Shown one piece after another: positions 27,951-38,776 of a stretch of DNA of 64,000 bases. Source of the stretch: Lingula anatina (lineage: Eukaryota > Animalia > Brachiopoda). The notes under the pieces are model-generated. The model made no database searches, was not told where the DNA came from, and was given only the letters and a program-made list of their open reading frames with translations. The stretch's first letter is position 1, and the number at the start of each line of letters is the position of its first letter. Position numbers and translations under genes: made by a program. The stretch lies in NCBI GenBank assembly GCA_051362555.1, contig CM120640.1, positions 18,786,001 to 18,850,000 of the forward strand. The letters run 5' to 3'.

Positions 27951-29626
27951 CCCATCCTAAGAGGCCCTACTTCGGAGGTCAGAAAATACATATTTTTCGC
28001 GCACAGAAGGTATGAATTTTGATCAGTAGTCTGGATATGGAAAAGTTTTTTTTTGTGTGTGTTTGTTAAACAGCTAAACTTTTTCACAATTTCTGCTACA
28101 CAGGACTCAACCAAAAAAATCCCTCTGTGCCGGATCATTACCGGCATTTCCGTGGTGGTGAAACATCTGCTTCATTAAAAAGTTGGCACGTTAACATAAG
28201 GCCAAGCGCAAATGAAAAAGTAATGCGTAGATTGTGGGTTCTCTTTGACGGCCGTTTAGAATTGAATGGTTTTTAAGCCCAAAATATCTTTTTTATGGCA
28301 AAAATATAAGTAAAATACATAGGAACAGGAACTTGTGATAAAAAATGTTGTTATGATTGCTTGAATGGTCAGATGAGGTGTGTTGTCATCGTAACATGCG
28401 TGTTCATGATACAAGCCTTTTCTCTGCAAATTAGAATTGCGTGTAGACAGGGAGGTAACCAGGACGATACACCTGCATGGACCAAGATAAATACCTGTCG
28501 GAAAAGTTCATCAGAGTTCAGTAATTTGATCTCACAAAGGAAATTCCTGGAGTAAAAACAACTTGGTAAAGTTTAAAGCATTTGCTTGAGGTATTTTGGT
28601 TGGCAGCCAGTATTGCTAAGAAATCTCTGAAGATGAATGAGTCATATTGCCAAATCCACCTTTGCCTCCTAGAAACTAATTCAAACAGGAGCACGGGCTT
28701 ATTTATTTAGAAACTGTGGTTTTAAACTGACTTTTCATCTCTTAGTACGGTTATGTTACAATCTGAAGCAGACGCAGAACTAACAAAAATGAAGCTTTTA
28801 GAGGTGTGTATCTCAGAGGTCAGTTGTGATTCACTCCCAACTGTGTAATGTAGGTAAATATGTTCATAAGACACCAGATGCCTGAAGCAATAAGCATCCG
28901 AAATGCTATTTATAGGTGAGAAATTGCACCGCTTAATGATACTCGGAAATAACGTGTTATTTTTATACAGGGTGCCGTCTGAGAGAACTTTTTTTATGTT
29001 TTTGTAAACGCAACTCGATGTTCTAGCAATTTGCAACAGCGTACTTCGGGAGTAAAAAATACCTTTTATTGAATATTTTTTACCAATAAGTCATACTAAT
29101 TTCAATTTTAGTTTGTTTTGTAGTCTTCTTAAGAGTTATAAGAGTCTTTATAAGTTATCTATGATGCTCTCTGACATTCACGGGATTTAACAATTGTTTT
29201 AATAAATTTTAGGGAAGGAACCCGACTGTGGACTGTCAACTGTCTGGCAACCGCGGATAGCCTACCTTAAACAACGTAACAAGCTCTAAGCTGTCACGGA
29301 AGTTAAACAGAAGGATAACTCATCAAGCTGGCGTTATTAGATCGAAGAGCGGCCAAGTAAGCCCTCAAAGACACCCAGCGCATGCATTTGAAGCCAATAC
29401 GTCATTAAAACCATCTGATCACGTGCCTTTCCCGTGGTTCCTTGTTCAGTTCTGACAGATTGTTTCTGTTGGGATCTTTTTTCTGTTGGACCCTTACCAA
29501 ACAATACAGTGAGGTAATAGGATTATATGAAATTCGATGTCCTATTCTAAGACCTGTCTATGACCTACTGTATACTTCAGCCTTCCATCACTATCATCGC
29601 CATCACATGCTCCACTGGATTAAAAC

Positions 29627-32419
29627 ATGACTGAAACTTCACCGTACCGAGACAGGTAGGTTTCGGTGGAGTACAACGCAAGTCCCTTTAGAACTGCTGT
29701 GAACATATACAAACTGTCACATCATCTTACCTATCTAACCCTTTTCTGTGACACTGAAACCTTTTCTAGAATCCTAGATATCTAGAACTGTTACCTAAAT
29801 AATATAAATATATATATATATATCCCTTTCGTAGTTACACGCTGTTACGTATATGTATGCCATATAGTTGTACATCTTGCGTGTGGGATTAATGGATGGC
29901 GATGGTACTGTTGGCGTTACCTTCGACATCCAGGTACCTTCTTTATCTAGCACAGTGTAAGTAGTCTGAAGGTAACACGTCGGTTTTGAGTGCTTCGTGT
30001 AAAGGTACACTTTGCTAAGCTGGCTGAGGCATGGATGGCATGCAAGGCCCAGCAGGACGTGGTCAAAAGAGTTTTTACTGGCTATTTTTTCCATAACACT
30101 CAAATAAAGCGTGTTGCATGCGCACATTGGCGATGACTTGCACTTTTCTGCTCTTATTTAGGTACAAATCCAAGCAACTGCTCCTATTCCCGTATTCATT
30201 CTGAGTGGGTCCTTTAGTATCTGCGTGGTCTAATGCATGTGCTGGGCTGTCGACTCTTTTAATTGCAGTATTATATGACAAAAAGCAAATGCCTCAAACG
30301 TTTGAAGTACATGCACAAGATTTCAATTTTTATGCACAAAGTTTGTTTGAGTTGATAGTGGACATTGTGTACGAGATATTTTAACTGCATGAATAACCAT
30401 AAATCATAACATGACAGTAATATCAGGTAATATTTTTGGCTTAAATAAAAGTAAATAATGAAAACATGAACTGAAACTTTTCATATATTTTACATGCACG
30501 AATAAAAAACTCGTATACACAGACAAATAATTTGAAAAATTAACTTGATTACCTAAGTGGGTATGACTATAGTTCCTTAAGGTGGTAAATCATATATATA
30601 TATAACCAAGCATGTTATTATCATTTTCAGACTGGGCCTTGGGAGCAACGATTCAGATCGGCCTAGTCCCGATCGCAGGTCGTACCGCTCCCGCAGGTAC
30701 ACAGTAGGCATCTCTCCCAGTGACATCGAAAAGTCGGACAGCCCAGAGCCCACAAAAGAGTACACCCCCATCCTGATGGCGAACTCTGCAGGAAAACTAG
30801 CTCAGGAAATCAACGAGGAGTTTCTGACGTGTAAAATATGTCTAGAAACGTACAAAGAACCAAAAAGTCTCAACTGCTTGCACACATTTTGCGAGTCATG
30901 TATCGAGAACCATGCCATGTCAGAAAGTTCGTACAAGAAGTACAGCGAGTACAGAGATTTTACATGCCCTCTGTGTCGTAAAAGGACCCATCTTCCGACA
31001 GGTGGGGTAAAAGCGCTTCCAGACAACTTCCTGGTTGCTAGCCTGACAGAAGTCATCACACGCCAAAAGCCTACAAAGTTTCCTTTTTGCGATATCTGTA
31101 AACTAGTGGCCAAGAAACATAGGGAAGCGAGCTCAAAGTGTTTAGACTGTGCCAAATTGTTGTGTAAGCAGTGTGTTGAGGTTCACAGAGAAACCAAGGT
31201 CACTAAAAACCACAGTATTTTCGACGTGGAAATCGAAAAGGATGTGGAGTGCAAAGATCACCCTGAAGAAGTGGTGCGTTTCTACTGTGAGCCTTGCGAG
31301 ACGTGCGTCTGTGTGCTGTGCACCTTCAATGAGCACAAGGATCACGACATCTCCAACTTTAGCGATGCCGTCATGACGTACAAAGACTCCATTCAGAAAC
31401 TTCTGAACGGGTGCAAGGACAAGCTGGACAAACACGAACAGCAACTGGACACCCTCGCAAAAGCAGACAAGTCTCTGAAGCAGGCGGAACAGAAGATCAG
31501 AGATGTCTCCATCCAGTTCATTTCAGAAATCAGAACCCGAGAGAAACAGCTTATAGAAGAGCTACACAACCTATACGGGCCAGCCCTTATGGAGTTCATC
31601 CATCGCAAGGCAGACATGCAAATCACACTGGAAGGTCTCAAGAGCACGTGTAATCTCACCGAGCTCATTCTCAAAGGTAAGGATATTGAGCTTCTGCTGC
31701 TGAAAAATCAAGTACAGGAAAAGTTGCGAAATTTATCTGATCTTGACCTCAAGCCGTTGCCACCAACTGTAGGAAAGCAGGTGCAGTTCGTGCCAGGAGC
31801 CCTAGATATGGGATACATACAAGATATGGATCGCCCCTTGTCCATGTCGAAAATCAGAGCCAGGAGAGCCTTCTCCTCAAGTTCAAGCACCGAGTATCGA
31901 GACATGCAGGAACAGCCAGAAGTCCGCACCACTGACACGCAGACAGATTCTTCCATCACATCGGCTTCCAACTGCGAAAAGACAACCATGACCGACAAAC
32001 CGAACACCAACGACAAAAACTGTGCCACCGTGCCGCCGACCGTCATCACCGTGGGACTTCAAACGGATGTTCCTTCACCAGAAAATACTTCAGCTAACGT
32101 CGTTGACGTGACGGTCAATCTGATCCCCGACACCGAGGAGTCATCTCTCGTTCAAGAGTCTCGGGAAGAACGGGAACGGCGCAGACGCCAGGCTAGACGC
32201 ATGCGCGAAGAGAACGGCGAACAGGAAGACGAGGAAGACAGTCGTGTAACCAGACGACAGAGAAGACGGCGTATGAATCGGGCCAGCAATGAAGGCGACA
32301 GTTTTGAGAGCAACCGCAAGTCACGAGAGTTCACATCTCCCCCTCCACCTTTCAGGCGTGTGGAGCGTCAGAGCCAGGTCTATCATGGTGACAGCTTAGA
32401 AGACAACTCCAGCCCATGA
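29627..32419 (+). CDS. Tripartite-motif (RBCC) E3 ubiquitin ligase with a TRIM2/3/45/56-type N-terminus and no C-terminal NHL, filamin or SPRY domain
   Basis: ORF 30776-32419 contains a RING (CKIC...CLHTFCESC...CPLC), B-box1 (CDIC...CLDCAKLLCKQCVEVH), B-box2 (CKDH...FYCEPCETCVCVLC...HKDH) and a coiled coil. The frame stays open back to the acceptor TTTTCAG|30631. An upstream mini-exon, ATG 29627-29655 (MTETSPYRD, phase 2, AG|GTAGG), joins in frame, giving about 605 aa. Confidence 0.88.
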
Positions 32420-33699
32420 CAGGAGGCGCCACCGTCTCCGACGGACGCTACTGGTGCGTCTGAGAAGAAAAAGAATAGAGAAAAATGTACGGTTTCTTGA
32501 CTGCCATCACGATAGCATCTAACTCTGACGCCGCACATGTTTGATAGCAGTGTCTTCGAGGCACCAAGAGTCGCTGTTGATGTAGACCGACCCGATCTCA
32601 ACCGATCCGATGCAATTTCCTCCTTCTAGTTTCAAACATATCAAAATCAAATAGATCAGAGAAAAGAACAGACCCCGCGTCGTCTTTAGTTTACCAAGTG
32701 AAACGAAGGCAAGTTATGAGTGAAACGTACCCGAAAGCGCATACTAGAGGGACCTTACGATCCAAAGAAAAAAGCACCAGCTGCAGTGTCAGTGACGGTG
32801 ATTCAACTGACCCCACATACTTTTACCTAGCGAACCACGCTAGCCCTCTTCATTTGAAGAGATTTTATATATGTTTGTGTATCTAAACCCAAGTTAGAAG
32901 GAGAAGGCGTAACCTAAAATACCTCACAGATATGATGATATACAGAATGCTATTATATGTATATATTAAGTCACAGAATATGATATTTAGTAGAATGTTA
33001 ATTAAGGACCTAGTGGCTATGTGAGATATTTTGGGATATGCTTTATATAGTATTAAGAAAATTGTATTCGGTATACTATGAACAGAAAATTATATATAGA
33101 TTTATGTGTATACGTCAGAGAAGGCGTAGTTTATATATTTACACGTAATTGTGCCTATGGTACAGTATTGAGCAATGATATTATCTTATTTCAGATTCGT
33201 TCAATTAAATTCAAGTAAATGCCAACGAACCAAACAGGTGCTTTTTACAATGAGTGCGTATTAGTAACTGTATAATAATAATTGTATGTGACCAATAATC
33301 CAATTAGTAATGACAAGTAAATTCTTTATAATTAGTTGGTACACCCAAGCTTGATTACTACACCTAGAAATGTCTCGCTTTGGTAACATTTTCATGCAGC
33401 TATATTTGGTTTCACGGTGCAAATAAAGATATATAAAGGTAGACGTAAAATTAGTATTGATATTTGCAATTGAGAATCAAATAAACAAATAGATGAATTA
33501 TCTATCAGTTGTCTTTCATTGTTTTGCAGATTGGAAATAATATGATTAATACATCATTATGAAAAGGGCCTTGCCAACACTTATCCATGTTTTTTAAATT
33601 ATAAAGATGCCAGTACGACTGTTCAAGTAACTGGATTATGTCTTTCTCTAGATTTAAGGAGAGACGACTTATATCTGATAAAAGTTGATATGTGTAGTA

Positions 33700-34530
33700 G
33701 TGTTATTCATATTGACAATATTTAAAACTTCAATTTCTACACAATTAGTTGAGAGCTTTCGTCCCAACACTTGTGTTACGTAAAGAACTGAACTGTGTGA
33801 ATGATGCATTGAAAAGATGTCACTATCCAGACTAGGCAATTAGTAAAGTCTCCAACAGTTTCCTAGAACCCACAGACCCAGATTGACCTTAGAATAAGAC
33901 CTCTCACGAACATCCAGAGGTCAAAGGGAGGGGCTCGATAGTTGTTCCTAATGTGAGGGGTAGGTCTGAACAACTGAGGCGCATATTCAAAAAGCACAAA
34001 GTCAACGTCAGCTTTAAACCACATCAGACGCTGAAGGATCCGGAAATGCTTTGGCACCCTGAGGATGAAACTGACAAAAAGGACATCAGCGGGCCCATAT
34101 ACAAAATTCCATGCAAAGGACATGACGGCAGTGGGTGCAACCAAACATACATTGGTGAGACTGAGAGGTCTTTAAAGGCACCGAAGACCTAGTTGTTCCA
34201 ACCCATCTGAGGTTTCTCGACACATCAGTGTTGAGGCACCTGAACACAACATCAGTTGGGACAATGTGGAGGTCTTAGACCTCGACCCATTGTGGTTCAA
34301 TCGAGGGGTGAAGGAAACCATATACTAAACAAGGACGGGTGAGACACAACCTGTCTCACCCCTGGGACAGTGTTATATTGAACAGTTCTCACTAAACTGC
34401 GCACTATACACTGTCCTGCAACTTCAGTGTGACTGATGAAGTCCCAAGTGTTAGGACGAAAGCTCTCAGGTACGCTTTCAGCTTATTGTGTAGAAATTGT
34501 TTTAATTTATCATTTAATATGAAGACGACA
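33700..34530 (+). mobile_element. Decayed 3' fragment of a Penelope-like retroelement (GIY-YIG endonuclease plus pLTR), with an inverted partial pLTR copy at its 5' side
   Basis: Broken frames read VPNVRGRSEQLRRIFKKHKVNVSFKP...GPIYKIPC...CNQTYIGETERSLK / HRRPS...HNISWDNVEVLD...WFNRGVKETIY / LNKDG, typical of the Penelope-like RT thumb, linker and GIY-YIG region, with deletions and frameshifts. A hammerhead motif follows. Positions 33700-33773 are a reverse-complement copy of the 34445-34530 segment. Confidence 0.88.
34430..34468 (+). ncRNA. Minimal type I hammerhead ribozyme of the Penelope pLTR type
   Basis: TGA-CTGATGA-A-GTCC(caagtgtta)GGAC-GAAA-GC-TC-TCA: both catalytic boxes, helix II GTCC/GGAC, a palindromic AGCT mini-helix III, a cleavage site after C34465 and a 3-bp helix I TGA/TCA. 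Confidence 0.82.
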
Positions 34531-35953
34531 TACTCGTTTCACTTTCCCTTTAAGGTTGGTATCACTTTACCAGAGATTATGACGCGGATTTGTTTAATTG
34601 TTTAGCGCTTGAGAAATATGAAATGGGTTAGAGAAACTGAATATTTAAGTTCTGCTTCCTCGTGGATACAGTGTCAACCCGGCTTTTCAAAGAGACCAGA
34701 TTTTGACACAGACACACACAGACAGACACACACACACGCAAAAAAAAGAAAAAAAAAAGAAAAAAAAATAATAATAATAAATAAAAAATGGTATTTTTTT
34801 CCTGATCCTTGTTTCTGAATTGCATTTTAAAACCCACGCTCAGTGGTATAGCGCTCAATAACCACACCGTCGCATCAATCTCATCTATCACATTTGTGAC
34901 CCTAGTTTGGTAACTTGCACACTTTGGTACAGGACAGGGCTAACCAAACAACCAAAGGTTTAGGGGCAGTTGGGTGAAGGTGTCGCACTTAGGTGATTCT
35001 TTCACGCTTTTTAAGAGAACAATTGAGTAATTGACCGAACATATAAAAAGAATACCTCGTGCGGTTTCAGAGAGAGCACAAAAAACCGCCAGTAAAATGC
35101 AGGCGCATGACCGACACCTTTCGATTCTCCAAAGGTTATCAATAGTAGTTTTTAAATACTTTCTTCGCAGATCAATGTATTCGCTCTTGTAAAGCATTTT
35201 GTGGGTGTATGTCAACGATCTGATCAATTCACTTGAGAGTACATGGAAGACGACGTGTATTTCGCAATGCATGGCGAAACATAAAAGCACATGAGCTGAT
35301 CTCATAGAACAGCTACATCGCAAATACCTGTGCCTCACTTGACATATACAACATGGCCTCAAAATACAACCAATGACACCATTTGCTTGAACTAGTGCGA
35401 GCAATAAGGCTTCACCTGATTTTGATTCGTATACATTTGCTCAATTCAAATATCTATCGTATCGTATCGAATGATGCATACCTTATGTACTTTATCAAAG
35501 TTGCTGACTTTGATCAAAAGAAGGACTTCATTTGTGCAGAAAAAAAAGTCACATATCGTTAGTCAAAGTTCTTCAAACATGAAACAAGGACTTTCTTAGT
35601 GTGATGTAACAGGTGACGCAGCTATAAAAGGCCATAAGAAAACACGACTTTACAATGAAATTGTTATAAAATCAATAGCCCCTATCGAAATTCCAATTTA
35701 ACTCTGCACACTTCAGTAACTAAACAAGTGGTCTTCCAATACATCGATAAGCAAGCGTCGGTTTTGCTTTGATCGGAGTCGTTTAAAATGTCGAAATTAT
35801 CGAACACACCAGTTGCATGATACGTTATGCTCTCTGTGTAAACGTCGTATAAACAAAATACCAAATAGGGAGATTGGAAAGCGACTTTACAAGGAGGACT
35901 AGTCGTTCACGCTTTTCTTAGCCGCCACAGAGATACATCCACCGTTGGGCAAA

Positions 35954-38776
35954 ATGGCACAAAAACCTGTTAAGCCATCTGATTCGCTGGAAAGGCCTAG
36001 CCTTGAAGCACTCCAAAAGGTCAATGAGGACTTCATAGAAGCTGTGGTGATGGAAAAGGACCAAAAATGCACACGAATCCTTAGGGACAATGTATTATGG
36101 GCTAAAGAAATATGTGAGATGGAGAATAAGTTTGGGCTGCGACCGCTCCATGCCGCTGCGGCTAAAGGAATTACGTCGATAGTAGAGGTAAGTATGGCTA
36201 GCTCTGGTAATAATTGCAGATTGCAAAAAACATCTGCTTCACTTTATCTCATCCATCACCTTGTGTTTCAGAGAGGTAAAAGTGATTCCTCGACCCAGCA
36301 CACATTCTAATGCCCTTTTCAACCATTGGAAAAGGCGCACATGTGCGTGTACATATGTGCTGCAGAGTTTCAAATACATTATGAAACTTTTGCTAATACA
36401 AATGCCATATGTTTGTTTGTTGCTGTTCTATATTTTATCATATGGCATACAAACAAGGTACAAAGCTGTTGCGATGGATGACTGAGAGGCAAACAAACGA
36501 TATTTTTGTTTTACATTTCTTATCACAGTGGTCTGAATTGACCTTGAAATGCAACAGTGCTTAGGTTGATAGGTTTTGGAGAGAACTTCAAAGATCAGGC
36601 ATTAAACTCCATATGGTCTGGTGGGAATCAATTCAGAAAGATCATGCGTTTTACCTGAATGTTAATTTCCCTATTAAGAGTGCGTATGTGATAGACTATT
36701 GTTCATTAAAGATCCCCCGCCGTCACCAGCAAATGCAATAATTGATTTTTCTTTCTTTTGTTCAAATAACTGCTGCTCCCTTTACAACTGTATGCGAAAA
36801 CTGAACAGAAGCGTCGACACCTTTTACTTGCGTATTATATACCTTTTCGACGCACAAAGCTGGGAGTGGTTATGCTAGGCAGGAGGATCCCAAAGCAGAA
36901 GTCACGTTTCACTGTCACATTTTACCAGTTTCAGAGCAAAGTATAAAAACTGATGACTTATGATCTTACAAGTGTTGTAGAATGTTACAGGATGAACACA
37001 AAGGCTTTATCAAAATGGTTTCTTTGTAGGAAATAGTCAACACAGGGGCAGACGTGAACCTGAGGTTAACGAAGAATGTAAAGAAACGCCTAGGAGAACG
37101 CGTGGATGTGTTTCCAGCCGGTTGTTCTGCACTGCACCAAGCCTGCAAGTTCGGCCATCTTGACTCGGCCAAGCTTCTCGTCTCCAAAGGAGCAGATGTT
37201 AATATTGTAGACGAGGAGAACAAGTCACCGATTCATGAGGCTGCTTGGCAAGTAGGTTAAATGTTACAGGCAGACAGCTTGATTAAGGCACTCTCGCATC
37301 TAGCGTATAGCACGAACGTATGAGAAAAATTGCCCATTTGCAGACAAACGCAATGGGTTCGTTGGAGTTACGCCGTATACGCCTCGAGTACGCAGGCAAA
37401 AGTTGGTGTGCGTTTGCATACGCCGGTTCTAAAACAATTGCATACGCTGCTTATATCTTTTATCATTTTAATACGCTGATACGGTGATTTCCTACGTTTA
37501 AAGTTGTGCGCATAATCGATGTCACTATACGTATCTGTTTACGCTAGGTGTGACAGAGCCTTTAGCAGATGACTGTTTTGTTTCATAATAGTTTTTCAAA
37601 CACTTTCGATTGTTTCGATCCGTTAAGTTGTACCTATTCTCAAGTATCTTTAACATTTATCCACACGAAAAATAGGGCCTACTGACAGTTGATGAACTTG
37701 CGCACCAAAGAGCGCACATTTTTTAAAACATCATGAGGACACGTCAATGTTTACAAACCAAATCCCAAACAAAATCAAATAAATATAGTTATGAAAAATA
37801 GTTATACATATAGGCCTATTTTCAAAGAAATCCTCATCAATATAAGATTCGTTGCAGGGTCACGCCAATGTGGTGCAGCTTTTGGTAGACAACGGGGCTA
37901 ATGTCAACCTCCAGGACAAATACCTGCAGAGTCCTCTCCACAAGGCCTCAGAGAATGGGCGTACCGACTGCAGCCGCATTCTGCTGGACAGCGGAGCCGA
38001 CATAGATGCAGTCAACAATTTCGGTCGTAGCTCCATGCAGGAGTGTGCCCAGTCGTACTTAGACACGACCCCAGTGTTTACTATGCTAGTGGAGAGGGGG
38101 GCCAAGGTGGAGCATCGAGATCAAAAAGGTTAGTTAATCCTATGAATTTGGTTAGTGAACTTTTGTGCGAAATAAGCAGTTTTTAGCGCCTTAACTAGTT
38201 TTGCTTTTACAGAATAAAAATTATCCGGACAATTTTATAAATTGACTCTTATATTCAATCGGTAAAGGGGGCAATTTCATTTTCTTTTAATGAAAGAATT
38301 TTTTATATAATTGTATTTCAGGTACTACTGCACTCCACTTTGTTGCCAGACACGGGCAAAAACAGCGAGCAGAAGTTTTACTTAAACACGGAGCAGACGT
38401 CAACGTCAGGAAAAACAGCGGAAAGACTCCCATGCACGAGGCAGCACGAAGCGGTCACTCCAGCATGATTAGATACCTCCATAACAATGGTGGAGACGTT
38501 AATATCCAGGACCATCCTGGATGGTCGCCGCTCCATCTAGCGGCGCAAGAAGGAAACACGCAGGCTGCAGAAGTCCTCATCGAGTTGGGGGCAAATGTTA
38601 ACGCCGTAGACGCCAGCGGATACACCCCACTTCATTTAGCAGTTCAGAAGAATAAAGTTGGCACTACGAAATTGCTCGTGGGTAAAGGCGCAGACCTGAC
38701 TATTAAGGACAAAGAAGAAAATGTCCCTAAATATTATGCCAAATCAGACGATTTGCTTAAAATTCTGAACAAGTAA
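35954..38776 (+). CDS. Ankyrin-repeat protein of about 393 aa, consisting almost entirely of ANK repeats
   Basis: Phase-consistent exons 35954-36187, 37030-37251, 37858-38128, 38322-38776. Repeated motifs: GLRPLHAAAAKG, SALHQACKFGH, SPIHEAAWQGH, SPLHKASENGR, TALHFVARHG, TPMHEAARSGH, SPLHLAAQEG, TPLHLAVQKN, with GADVN linkers. AATAAA at ~39233. Confidence 0.88.
37286..37561. mobile_element. PIF/Harbinger-type MITE in ankyrin gene intron 2
   Basis: Imperfect TIRs: AGGCACTCTCGCATCTAGCGTA versus reverse-complement AGGCTCTGTCACACCTAGCGTA. TTA flanks both sides (37283-37285 and 37562-37564), the 3-bp TWA target-site duplication typical of Harbinger/Tourist elements. About 276 bp, non-coding. Confidence 0.78.

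Noticed and set aside
24871-29270. TTAAGGTA...TACCTTAA as termini of a 4.4-kb TTAA-type transposon
   Set aside because: The match is only about 9-12 bp in AT-rich DNA, there is no transposase remnant, and the interval includes the candidate TRIM promoter.
32417-32419. TGA as a selenocysteine codon
   Set aside because: It lies in a disordered tail with no redox motif, and I could not identify a SECIS element in the downstream UTR by eye. A SECISearch run would settle it.
30802-32601. Several antisense and alternate-frame ORFs over the TRIM exon
   Set aside because: Shadow ORFs of a GC-richer coding exon, with no recognisable motifs.
34940-35404. 154-aa Cys-rich minus-strand ORF
   Set aside because: No domain pattern, no ATG start and no convincing splice context; probably a chance ORF.
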